This document shows positions 1 to 11,658 of a DNA stretch of 64,000 nt, piece by piece (the stretch's first letter is position 1; each line of letters opens with the position of its first letter). A program made the translations under genes and the position numbers. Under the pieces are notes generated by a model. That model saw nothing but the letters and a program-made list of their open reading frames with translations. It ran no database searches and was not told where the DNA came from. The DNA is from Gonapodya sp. JEL0774. Lineage: Eukaryota. The stretch spans positions 1 to 64,000 of the forward strand of contig JADIIX010000006.1 of NCBI GenBank assembly GCA_027604505.1, read 5' to 3'.

Positions 1-631
1 GGTGGGGGTGATGGGTGATGGGTGGGTTGTGATGGGATGGGGGGGACGGAGATGAGGGGAGTGGGAGCCCATGATGAATCGGAGGTGGCCTGTGCGGTGT
101 GCCAGCAGTGCTTGTGCAGTGTGGGGGGGCTTTGGTCGGCTCCAAGGTCAGCCAGCCCACCCACCCACACATCCCCCCCAGCACGCGGAGACAACACGCG
201 GGTGGGAGGCGGCACACACCCCGCACTCAGCCCACTCTGCTCACTCCGCCACTCCACAGCTGCACCCTGCACCCTGCACCGCACCCCCACCTGGGCACAC
301 GGCCCCCGCTCCCCGCTCGCAGCCCCGGTCATGCTCCCCCTCGTGTCCACGTCCTCAGCTGCCTCCCCCTCACTCTCTCCGCCACCACCGCTCTCTCCGC
401 TCTCTCCGAATCCCCCTGTCCCTGCTCCCCTCTCTTACGCTGATGCTTTCAACGTCCGTGATTTGTCGTGTCGCCTCCTTTCGCCCTCTCCCTCTCCTCA
501 CACCCTTTCTTGCCTCCCCCCCTTTGCCTCTCCCTCCCTCCCTCCCTCCATCCCATCCCACTCCGCAAATCCCATCCCCACCCCAATCCTATCCCCACCC
601 TTATCCCCCCCACCCCCCTACTCCCCCGCAG

Positions 632-1441
632 AACCCCGCCCAATTCGCCCCCCACGAAGACCTCTCCACCTACCCCCGCACCCTCCCCTCCGACATCTCC
701 CTCCTCCGCTCGCTCACCTACCGCTCCCTCTCCGTCCCCGCCCCCGCGGGTCTCGATCCAGACTCCCCCTGCGTCCACGCCGTGCTCGCGCCCCCCGTCT
801 CGGAAATGTACCCCTCGGGAATCACCACGGACGTTGCTGCACAGCAGGGCACCTTTGTCGAGGTCAAGGGTCTCTCCCACCAACTCGAAGGGTCGGTGCG
901 CCCGCACTTTTTCCGCGGCGTGGCTACCGTGGTCACCAAGCTGCTCAACGCCGTCAGCCCGGACGTTGCCATCTTTGGCCAAAAAGACGCCCAGCAGTGC
1001 GTCGTCGTCCGCCGCATGGTCCGCGACCTGCTCCTCCCGACCCGCGTGGTGGTCGCCCCCACCACCCGCGACCCCGACGGGCTGGCCATGTCCAGCCGCA
1101 ACGCCTACCTCGACGACAACGAACGCCAAGTCGCACCGGTCCTGTACCGCGCCCTCCGATCCGCCCAGGGTCTCTACGACGCGGGCGAAACCGACGCCGG
1201 ACTCATCGTGGCCCACGTCTCGGGGCTGTTGCGCGCCGAAGCGAGCAGGCTCGCTGCCCAAGCCTCGCCCGTCCACCTCGCACTCCAGTACGTGGCCGTG
1301 TCCGATCCAGAGACGCTCGAGGAGGTCGACACGGTCGTGGGGACCGACAGGGGGGGGAAGGGGGCCATCGTGTCGGCGGCGGTGGTGCTGGGGAGGACAA
1401 GGTTGATTGATAATGTGGCGGTGGGGTTCACGTTTGAGTAG
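632..1441 (+). CDS. PAN6: Pantoate--beta-alanine ligase (pantothenate synthetase), last exon; 5' exons lie upstream of the window
   Basis: After the CAG acceptor ending at 631: NPAQFAPHEDLSTYPRTL...LEGSVRPHFFRGVATVVTKL...FGQKDAQQ...RDPDGLAMSSRNAYL...RLIDN, all PanC signature motifs; stop TAG 1439-1441. Confidence 0.96.
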   Translation, partial: NPAQFAPHEDLSTYPRTLPSDISLLRSLTYRSLSVPAPAGLDPDSPCVHAVLAPPVSEMYPSGITTDVAAQQGTFVEVKGLSHQLEGSVRPHFFRGVATVVTKLLNAVSPDVAIFGQKDAQQCVVVRRMVRDLLLPTRVVVAPTTRDPDGLAMSSRNAYLDDNERQVAPVLYRALRSAQGLYDAGETDAGLIVAHVSGLLRAEASRLAAQASPVHLALQYVAVSDPETLEEVDTVVGTDRGGKGAIVSAAVVLGRTRLIDNVAVGFTFE

Positions 1442-2701
1442 CTGTTAGGGGGGGTGGACGGGGGGTGAGGGGGCTGGGGAGTGGAGTGAGTGAGTTGGGG
1501 AACGTGCACAAAAAAAAAAGTCTCCACTTGGTGACACAAGGTGTGTAAGATGGGGGCACGTTCGGGTACCGTACCCCAGAGACGGAGACACACGGAGACG
1601 GAGAGGCGAACCCCACGCGACGCGCCACGGGGCAAGGGCGCGCTCTTGCCTCTTGGTTCCTCCGTTTTTTTTGGTTTGTTGTTTTGCATGTGCCTAGTGA
1701 TGAATCCCCCCCGTGGAGAAAAGGGTCGCGTCCCAGTACGTGACACACCATTTGCGTATCGAACATACATCAACTAACTACCCCGCGTGTTGTAAATTCC
1801 GAAAAAAAGTGAATATCGGCACCATCATTGTACGCCCCTTGGCAACCTCTCGGTCATGGTGGGGTGGGCGGATTCCATGATTCACCAGAGGTGGAGAGTG
1901 TTTGCCCACCACCGTGTGCGCACGTCCTCCTCAAACAACGTGTTATCGGACAGGATCAGGGAGACGACCCGAATTTCGATTTTCGTGCGACTGAAATGAG
2001 ACGTTTCTTCTTATCAAGTTGTTGCATGTGATGCACACAACGATACCACGATAAAACCAGCTTCAAAACATTCTTCTCAGAATATATAAGGGGAAGGGGG
2101 ATTATGACGCGATCTTGCGTTACACAAAGAATGGGAAGGTGGACTGTGCGTGACACGTCACGGGCTCTGTCAGAGAGGAGAACAATGGACAAACACACCA
2201 GGGTCTGGATGGAAAACAAGACTCTGGGAATTGGTTATGCGGGGGATTTCGATGGAAAGTTTGAGATGCAGGAAGTAATTTCTTTGTTGTGAAAGAAGAA
2301 AGGTTTGGAGGTGGAGCAGCAGCTTGAGGGCGCCGAGTGACGAAAGCCGAAAGCCCTGGGGCCAACTCAAACCCACTTGCACCCACACCAACGAAACCCA
2401 CGAGCGAGCTGGAAGTGGGAAACGGACGATTTTCTGGGCAGAGAATTCATCAGAAAAGAGATTTGTAGATAGAGCGGAGAGTCGTGGTGAGTGAAGGGGT
2501 GGAGGGGTGGTTGCGCTCGTCTCGGTCACGCGATCAAAACACTCAACTCCAGTCCACTTTGCATCTTCCATCGGGTCCGCGCTTTTTACCCTCAACGCAT
2601 CATCAACATAACATCACATCTCACACACCCAAAGCACCCCCCGCCCTTGTAGAGAAAACCCCCCTGCTCCCCCGCTCCCAAGACACAAAACTCACATCAC
2701 A

Positions 2702-5615
2702 ATGGTCCCCCACCCATTCACCGGCACTCCATTCCAACCAGCCCCATTTCCCTTCTCCTCACCCCGTCTGTCCACCTTCCCCTTCCCACTCGACTTTTCA
2801 AACCCTCTCGTCCTCCTCTCATTCATCACTTCCCGCGCCAGACCCCCCCTGTACTCAAACATCGCATCCGACCCCTTGTCTATCCCCAGCGTCATCCTAT
2901 CCCTCGCTCACTCTTCAACTTCCCGCGCCCGCTCTGCCTCCCTCCACGACTTCTTGTGGGGTGGATGGACCGCCGCCGGACCCGCGGCTTCTGCCGCAGC
3001 AACCGCAGCAGCCGCCTCGGCCGCCGCCGCGTCCAACGCTAACGCACCCACTTCCCCGCACCACCCTTCCGCAGTCCGCGCCGCCGTCCTCCGTGCCTTC
3101 TTCAAGGTCTGGGAAAGGCTGCCCCCCCACCTCAAGGACCAGTACCGCGACCTCGCCAACGCATGGATCGGTGAGATGGCCGCACGCGTTGCGCAGGCCG
3201 AAGCCGTCGAGAAGACGAGGGCCGCGGCGGCGGCGGCAGCAGGTGCTGCGGCAGCTGCGGCGGCTGTTTCACCCGACCATGCAAAGGCACCACGCTCCGT
3301 TCCCGTCCTTGCCACCACAGGCAAAACACAGGCCGCCGCAACCGCAGCAGCGGCGGCCGATAGTTTCACAAAGACCGCCGCAGCACCACGTCACTCTGCT
3401 GCTCCTGCCGCGGGGACCGCCACGTTAGCGTCTGCGTCAGCCTCTGTGTCGGCCAAGGCGCCATCGACCGTACCCACAGCATCCGCATCCTCTGCCACAG
3501 CCACAGCCACAGCCGCAGCCGCATCCGCCTCCTTCGTGTCTCCAGACCGCGTCATTGTCGAGAAGATCAGCCCGCAAGCACTGGAAGGGATCCGTAAGGT
3601 GAGTTGCACGAGGTGCAGAAGGTACGAGCGGGCGTGTGAAAAGAAAGGGAGGGCGTATGACTGTGCAAGGGTGACGACAAAAAGGTGTGGTGCGAAGTTA
3701 TCCGCGTAGGTCGTGCGTCTGATTGCGCGGGGTGTGCGATTTTTCTATATTTATTATTACTTTTTTTTTTGGCCTTTTTTCGTTGCATTGTATTTGCACT
3801 CATCGCACGTGATCATCTCTTCTTGCCACGTGTGTTTTGTGCTTTTCGCTTCCCGCTGATCTGTCGTCGTTTCCGCTTCCCCTTGGACCTCTCTCCCTTT
3901 TCCTCTGTTCCCCTCCCTTGTTTCTTCATCCCGTCCTTCCGCCCTCTGCTGTGCACGTGCCCGCTTCTCCCGGTCCCCAACCTCCCTCGTTACACACCTC
4001 AGTCCACCTCCCCCGCTCTCCCACCACTCCCTCAACCCACCACCACCACCACCACCACCACTACACCGTCCCTCCCCATAGACTCGGCCTTCACCGCCAT
4101 CGCCCCGCCGACACCCCTCCCCGACCCCACCATCCTGCTCTCCCCTCCAAACCCCACCCCCGCCCCCGCCCCCCACGCCGCGGGTCCCCAGGTCTCCGTC
4201 TCCGTCCCTGTACCTCCCCTCACCGCCGACGCGATCGGGGCGGTGTCGAGGGCCACAGACATGGACCGGGTGAAGGCCGCCGTCGAGGGGGCAGTGGAGG
4301 CTGTGGCGGCGGTGCCTGAGAAGGTGAGTTGGGACGGGTGGGGGGTGCGGGTTGTGTGTTTTGGTGGTACAACGGTAGGCGGGGTGGGGTGTATGGGGAA
4401 GGCACCCGTGTGTGGTGGTGTGTGCTGTTGGTTTGTGCGTGAGGAAACGTCGTGTCTGCGGGTGGAGTGGTGGTCGTCGAGACTCGGCGCAGTTGAGATC
4501 GAGAGATCCAGAACAATCGCATCGACCGACCACAATGCGATCCTCTCCGACCTGTCAGTCTCCTTTTGCCCCGTCCACTTTTCTCACCCCCACTTGTCCC
4601 GCCCTACCCAATCTCCCGTTCTCACATTCCCCAGACAACCACCACAACCTCAGCCACCCGACATCTCCCCCCGCCCGCCCTCCGCGCCGCCGCCATCGCC
4701 ATCCTCGCCGCACTCGCCGCGTACACTGCGTACCGCGCCGCAGGCGGAGCACCTGCCCTCCTCGCGGCCGCGTCTCGGGCCAGAGACGTCCTTGTGGTGT
4801 GGAGGGAGAGGGGCACCACGCTGGTCGGCGAGCGGGTCGAGTGGGCCCACCGAGTGGCTGCACATGTCGCGGTGAGGACCCAGCAGGGGGTGGGAGAGGT
4901 GGTGGAGCAGGTGAGAGAGGTAGCGGATGGGGTGGGAATCGGTGTCGGTGTGGTCGTGGGGAAGGTGCGCGAAGTTGTTGGGTGGGGGTTCGACGAGGTG
5001 CGCAATGCCGTGGTGGGCGCTGGCGGGGACGGGAACGGGGATGGCGTGTCGGTGCGGGAGCGGGAGCGGGAGCGGAACGGGGTGACGACGGCGGGTGCGG
5101 CGGAGGAGTCGGTCGGTCACGAGCTGAGGACGAGCATCGTGGCGCCAGAGGATGTGTCGGAGGACGAATCGGGCGTGGATGCCGTCTCGGGCTCGGAGCA
5201 CCACGCCGATCACTACGAGCGACTTGCCGGGTCACACAACGAGGACGACCACCAGCGCCAGCACCCGCACCACCACAATCACCACTCGTCGTCGTCTGCG
5301 TCGTCCATCACCCACTCGCGATCCACCTCGGCGGACTTCCCTTCGCTCTCTCCCACAGCCTCCGAGTCGGGATCCTCCCCCCGCCTCCAACCCCTTTACG
5401 CGTCCACGGCATCCTGGAGGGACCATTCCCCGCCTGGATCCCCCGTGCGTGGTGTGTTCGAGGGGGGTGACCAGGACGGAGACAACGAGGGCGTCATGAG
5501 CGCGTCCGCGGTGTCGCGAGGTTCGGCGGTCTCGGTGGGGTCGAGGGGAGAGGGGGACGCGGGGAGTGATGGGAGTGAGTGGGTTGTGGTGGGCGAGGCG
5601 ACCAGGGGCGCGTGA
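2702..5615 (+). CDS. Unknown ~732-aa Ala/Ser/Thr-rich protein with an HMG-box-like helix, one TM segment and a C-terminal AIM/LIR-like motif (exons 2702-3598, 4003-4323, 4635-5615)
   Basis: Two phase-0 GTGAG...CAG introns join three ORFs in frame; VWERLPPHLKDQYRDLA resembles HMG helix 2-3; hydrophobic AAAIAILAALAAYTAY; ends DGSEWVVVGEATRGA. Confidence 0.7.
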
Positions 5616-5735
5616 TGGGGGGTGTGGTGGTGGTGGGTGGGCGGGTCTGTCAGAGTCCGGGGGGGTGGGGGGGGGGGGTGGGGGGTTGGGGGGTTACAGA
5701 AAGTAAGCGGAAAGAAGGGAGGGGGGCGGTTTTGC

Positions 5736-5745
5736 NNNNNNNNNN
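5736..5745. other. Assembly gap (10 N) followed by ~110 bp of G/C-only low-complexity sequence
   Basis: Run of n; 5746-5857 is almost exclusively G/C. Confidence 0.95.
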
Positions 5746-6203
5746 GGGCCCGCGCGCCGCGCCCCGCGCCGGGCGCGGCCGCCGCGGGCGCCCCCCGCCC
5801 CGCGCCCCCCCGGCGCGCGGCGCGCCCGCCGCCCCCCGCGGGGGGGGGGGGCGGGGTTACGGAATGGAAGCGGAATGCAGGCGGGGGTGCGGTTGTGCCA
5901 GGGAGGGGTACCAGAGTTGTTTTTCTCCCAACGAATCTCAGTGATCTTTGTACATCTCGTAAATGTGTGAATACAAGCCCTTTGAACAATTTTCATTGAG
6001 TCTGGTTCACTCTGTTGGTCGGTTTTTTCGACACTGAATCGGCACGGGTGTCGTAATTCATCCGTCAATCAACGTGTTCCCTGGCCAAGAATTCTCGAGC
6101 GCGGATCCATAGTTCCCCTCTTTGTTCCTCCGTCCGTCGTCGTCGTACTTTCCGTGGATTTGAGCAGGCGCGGAGAGCTCTTTCTCTCGGTCTCTGTTGT
6201 CCA

Positions 6204-8644
6204 ATGACTTCCACAGCGCAAGACCATGGGATATCATCGTCAGAACCCAAACCTGCTGAGAAAAGGAGCAGAACGAGAGTTACGGTGGCGTGTGACCTAT
6301 GTATTGGTGTGTAGTGGCGTGGTCCAAGTGTCTACTGGTTCATGATCTCTCACAGTCTGGCCAACCTTCCCCGCACCCCCACCCGCGTGTTTCCATCGGT
6401 CTAGCTCGGAAGATCAAGTGTGATGGGTGTCAACCAGTATGCAATCAGTGCACGGTGCGGAAGAAGGACTGTGTCTGGACAAAGAAGCGAAAACCGGTGG
6501 GAAGAGTGTTGTCGAGAACTTTGTCGCCGTCGCAGCTCACGAAATGCGTTTGAACGACAAATCCCGTGTCGCCGAATTCAATTTATTTTTGAATATCCCC
6601 GGACAAATTTTCTGCTTCGCCCTGTTCATGGACGTGGGCAGAGAGGTCCGGCCAAGGGGACTCCCAATCCACTCGGAGTCATCCGGAGACAGCTTGCGGA
6701 GGTGCTCGAGCTCGCCAAAGAGAATCAGACGATCCAAGCGACAATCCGGGAGATCAATGCGGACTCGTTTGCGCCACCACCACCGCCAATTTGGACTACT
6801 GCAATAGAGCAGCAGTCCTCAGCGGATGGGTGGGTGGGTGGAACAGAGGAAGCGTTGGACATTTTGGCGAGTGGACAATTGCCGGACGATTGGCGACCTG
6901 ATCAAGCGTGGCAACTAGATGGCTTCGAGGATATTATCGCAGAACCACTTCCAGAACTGTTAATCGCACCAAAGCTCCTCCCAGCCGCCCACTTGTTCCA
7001 CAGGTTCTGTCAACCAGTGCCAATGCCACTTCCTGAAGTTGTTGCTCCGCCGCTGCCTCCGCAGAGTGTCTTGAATCAGCTCGTCCATATTCATTTCAAA
7101 CGAGTTCACCCTCTCGTATTCGTGTTCTCTGCGTCCGACTTTTTCGAACTGGCAAAAGACCCCACCACTGTGCTTGCTCTACAGAATATGTCCACCCGGT
7201 TTCTGCCGGAATGCCCCCCATCGTGGCAAACTGCATGCTTCGAACGCACCAAGGGCGTCGTGACGAACATCGCCAGCGGAGGCAAACCTTCTCTTTCTTC
7301 TTTACAGACCATGATATTTGTGTTCCTGTACGCTGCTACCGGACCGGGACAGCACGCTGCTGATGTTGCATTGCGGTGGATGGGCTTGTTGGTGCAGACT
7401 GCGAGAGAACTTGCGCTGAACGAGGAGGACGATGAGACAGAAGGAGATTGGCGTACATCAGAAATGAGGCGGAGAACAGTGGGTTGTTCCTGTTAGTCTC
7501 ATTCCCCGGCGCTTCTTTGAAGTGCCAATGGTTTCCGCTACAAACAGTGGTGGTGTGTCTGGATCTTGGGGATCATAATTCCAGTATTGGGCAACGTTCC
7601 TCCGATCGTGTTCCCTAGCGAAGTGAGTCGTGATCGTGAGAGATTCAACCCACACATACAGGGTGCTGATTCTCGCCAACAATTTCCTCATACATTGATT
7701 GGCGATGCTTGCAGTGCGCTGACCTTCGGATCATGCAGCCAATGCAATCGTATGATCACAAGACGCCGCTCGCCCGGGATGAGCGACATGCACAATGCCC
7801 TCCCCCTCGTCCACTCTTTCGCGAGCTTCTGGAAAGTCCAGTTCTCTGCGTCAATGACTGGGGATCGCTCCTTTTGTATCAATTCTACCTCGTGCGTCTG
7901 TGTGCACATGTCAACACGGAACTAATAATGGAGTCCGATAGCACCAGATCGATCAGGATTGCAGACATTGAGACCAAGCTCCAGCTTTTTGAAGTCTCGC
8001 TTGATGCCTTCAAACACGAAACATTTGGCGAAGGATTCAATGGAGCATGGAGATATCTTCTTTTGCAACTTTGTTGGATCTTGTTACACATGCCCGTGAG
8101 GAACGAAATAGAGAGGGCCGTGGGAATCTCTCAAAAACCTTGTACGCCACGTGACTTCCAGGCAATATCTGCTTGGCTTGTTAGCGACCACTTCCCAACA
8201 GTTATTGAACGTGCCGAAAAGTTCACAAACTTGCTCGAGATGTTGATTGACTCAACAGGAGGGGTGGGCGACCCTGAACACGACGGTTGGCTGGATTTGG
8301 GATATCCAATTGTAGATTGGGGCTGCTTCTTCGTTGGACTTTTGCACCTAACTCTTGTGATCTGTGTTGGCAAGACGAGCCATGATTTGGAAAGCATTGT
8401 GGGGACTGTTGGCGAAAACTTGCGCAAAGCAAACTTGTGTCTGTTGGCACTGAAAATGAGCTCAAAAGTCTGGCTGGACATGGGCGCATTTGCTCGCGGG
8501 TTTGAGGCTATACTTCAGTGAGTATTGCGTGTTGCCAACTCAAATAATCATGAAGGGTGATTCACCGTGTCCATTTCAAGAACCGTTATGGCTGAGTTTG
8601 TGGAGCCATTCCAAACCCCGGATTTGCTGACACCCAGCACGTAA
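6204..8644 (+). CDS. Zn(II)2Cys6 fungal transcription factor with middle homology (Fungal_trans-like) region, multi-exon
   Basis: ATG 6204: KRSRTRVTVACDL(C), intron, RKIKCDGCQPVCNQCTVRKKDCVW; later LVHIHFKRVHPLVFVF and EMRRRT|WWC; ends at 8521, or at 8644 via a last exon after the GTGAGT donor at 8518. Confidence 0.88.
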
Positions 8645-8953
8645 AATGCAAAACAAAGCTTCGCGGTGAGGGAGAGACTTTAGAACACTTCAGATTTACC
8701 AAGCATATGCTTCATGCCATTCTGTATTTGTTTGATCTTTCACTAATACGACTCTCGCTTGTTCAAAGCTTCGAGTCCTCCCTTTATGAACATGTGGGAA
8801 GTGGACAGCTCACTAATAGATTCGAAAATTGATGTCCCAGGTCACTTGCATATGTTTGAGACGGTTGTGTGCGGGGGTTGCGTGCAAACCCCACGAATCA
8901 ATCACCCTGACTGCTTTCCCAAAACGATTAAGGATTAGGAAACTACTGGACCA

Positions 8954-10003
8954 ATGGGCTTTATCGATGAGGTTATGTCGGGTGAGCATCACCTTGTGGC
9001 CCTTTTGCCAGCTTTCCGGAAGAAATGTCGGTTCACTCTGAAAGCAACGCGGTCCTTCCCCATCCGCGAAACTCCTTGCTCATCGCCATACAACAGGCAA
9101 GGCATCCCTGTATGCACAATGGTATGTTTTTATGGAGATCGCACTACCTTCCAAGAAATCTTTTGCCTGCTTACGGAGGAGAATCTCCTTCCTTTGAGTG
9201 GATGTGGCGATTAAACAAGCACTGATGCGTGATTTTCTTTCACAATTCTGCTTCGATCTTCTCAGGGGGGCCTTGATTTCCGCCATCCGTGAGTTGCTTT
9301 GTAGCGGGGTGCTTTGTGAAATCGATATGTACTCATTGCAGAGGGCTCCGCTTCCAGTGTTGATTATCCTGGGCATTGTGACGTTCCTGGGGTAAGTGCG
9401 AACGTGTTTAGTGAACTTTGGAGTTGATGATGCATGCGGACTCCGTCTTCTCGTGTCAGAATCATCCCTTTTGCAATTGTGGCCCTAGTTGAGGCGGTAA
9501 TTATCTGCTTCATCGAAATTCCTTTCTGTATCAAGGTAAGTCATGCAACCATTTGCTAATTGTCTGTCTATCGGTGAACCCTTCCGCTGCACTTATTGTC
9601 TTACAGTGCTGCCCGACGTCTGAACGTTTCGATACATTCGTCACCCAAGTGCTTGACTCCATCACCTACCGTATTTTGCTCTATGTGGTTATGACTGTTC
9701 TCATGTGGCTCAGTCTTCTCATTGGGCGCACGTGGTTGATTCTCCCAGCAATCACCCTCTCCGTTGGTAAGTTAACCTGTCTCCTCATGCCCCACATTAT
9801 GCCACGAAAGATGTTCCAACTCTTCTCGATGCACATGTGACTTCTTGAACAAAGTCACCCTCCTGTACAGTGAGTGGAGTGTCTGCAGGTTTCGGTTTGC
9901 AAATCATACCCATGGAAATCTCTCGATGTTCTCCCCAGTTGTCGCTTGGCTCAAGAAGGAAGATCGCGTGACCAGTGGAGTCACTGGTGGCACTGGCGTT
10001 TAA
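8954..10003 (+). CDS. TVP18: Golgi membrane protein Tvp18/Flower family, copy 1 (many microexons)
   Basis: Spliced MGFIDEVMSGKASLYAQWGALISAI...FIEIPFCIKCCPTSERFDTF...LKKEDRVTSGVTGGTGV; SLYAQW and EIPxCxKCCPTS match recalled Tvp18 motifs. Confidence 0.82.
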
Positions 10004-10223
10004 TCTTGCCTGATATGATCCGGCCGCAGATTGTTGAGCGAGAACGGAAATGAGAGCATGATCGCAGCGAAGGCTTGGTAATTTAGCTGATTCCTCGTAC
10101 GAAACATACAGACATTCTACGTGATATTATGGGCAACATGCGAATGACACTGATTGTATTTCGGGTCCAAACTTTGACCGAAGTGCTTCTGTACAGCATT
10201 TAGACTTGCTGTGTTGGACGACA

Positions 10224-11330
10224 ATGAGCTTCTTTGAGACACTCATCGATGAGCTGAAATCCGGGAAGGCGGGCATTTATGCCCAGGTATGTTGGATGGA
10301 GCCTGAGGAAGTCAGAAGTCATGGTGGCGTCCCAGATACTACACGTTCTCGGTTGAACCGAACGCCATCAAGGACTCATATCGGACGCGCTGGATGAATC
10401 TTAGGAACATACATCGGATGCTATGAGTGTCCGTCTGTGTGGCAAGTGTCAAGCCAGTTTCCCACAAGAAGGGCATTTAATTGCATTCACTCGAATCTTC
10501 ACTGGGAACTCCACATTACAAGCAATGGAAGACCATTCTATGTTGGCTTTGGAGCTCAACAACGTTAAGCTGCGCCCGACTTAAGCTGACCTTTGTGACA
10601 TCGGTGCTCACACAACAATCGTCTAACGGTGTTAAATGCAACGGCGACCCCACATCAACGACCTCCAACGAACTACTAGTGGTCCGCCCTCTTCTCGGGA
10701 CTTTGTAAGTTTTGTTAACACTTTACTTCTTGGGAAATTGCGATGTACCAAATCGCTTTTTGGCTCCAGTCTGCCTTCTTTTCGGGATCATGACCTTCCT
10801 CAGGTGTGGTCCGGTATCACACTTAAGTCCGCATGCCTCCCAGCTCATTAGCTGCCGTTACAATCTAGCATGCTTCCCTTCGCCATTTGCGCCCTCATCT
10901 TCTTCGTTGTCATCCTCTTCGCCGAGATTCCGCTATGCCTGAAGTGCTGCCCTACGTCCCCCAGCTTTGACAACTTCATCAAGATGTTCGAAAATATGTA
11001 CTTCCGGTAAGTTGCAGGCAATGCTTCCTTGAACGAAGGATTTGTGTCAATCCAAGTGAAAAAATTTCGTCAGCGCGGGCTCCTACCTCATCATGGCCGT
11101 GATCATTTGGCTGTCACTCGTTTGGGGCGCATCCACCCTTATTCTTCCCGCCCTTACTCTCTCTTTGACTGCCATATTTTATGGTAAGAACGAGACGAAA
11201 TTGTTTTGGTGGAAGGAGTCGCCTGGTTTCTGATTTCCTGTGGCCAGGCATTGCTTCCTTCCGTCATGAGGACAGAGAAACATCGATTGCGGCCGGTGGA
11301 AAGAATGCTGTGAGTGAACTGCTGCACTGA
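10224..11330 (+). CDS. TVP18: Tvp18/Flower family, copy 2 (tandem paralogue; 3' end approximate)
   Basis: MSFFETLIDELKSGKAGIYAQ|WSALFSGL...FAEIPLCLKCCPTSPSFDNFIKMFENMYFR|AGSYLIMAVIIWLSL...RHEDRETSIAAGG, colinear with copy 1. Confidence 0.8.
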
Positions 11331-11658
11331 ATTCAATCTGATGGGTTCGCACTTACCGCCACGCACTCAAACCCTATTCCAGGCTGTCTTAGCAGCACGT
11401 AGCTTCGTTTAACCGTCCATATGAATCGAATTGGAGATCGTGAAACGCGTTTGAAGGATAGGTCATTTGTTAGTGATTGGCCTCTGTTGGCGACACCATG
11501 TGTTTGGCTACACGGATTAAGATAATAGACATATTGGAGCCAGCTGTTGCCAGTGGAAAAAATGGGGGGGGGGCCACCATGAACAACAGAATGTGACAGT
11601 GTTTTCCAATGTGGAATCCATTCCGTCATTCCTTCAGATCTTCGCAACATCTTCAACG

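Noticed and set aside
4038..4066. (ACC)n microsatellite
   Set aside because: Simply encodes a poly-Thr tract in exon 2 of the 2702-5615 gene
5746..5857. Pure G/C tract resembling a GC-cluster element
   Set aside because: Abuts a gap; likely low-quality contig-end sequence
22..5999. Many long overlapping Pro/Arg/Gly-rich ORFs on both strands
   Set aside because: Shadow frames of GC-rich, stop-poor sequence; only the PanC exon and the spliced 2702-5615 gene have coherent support
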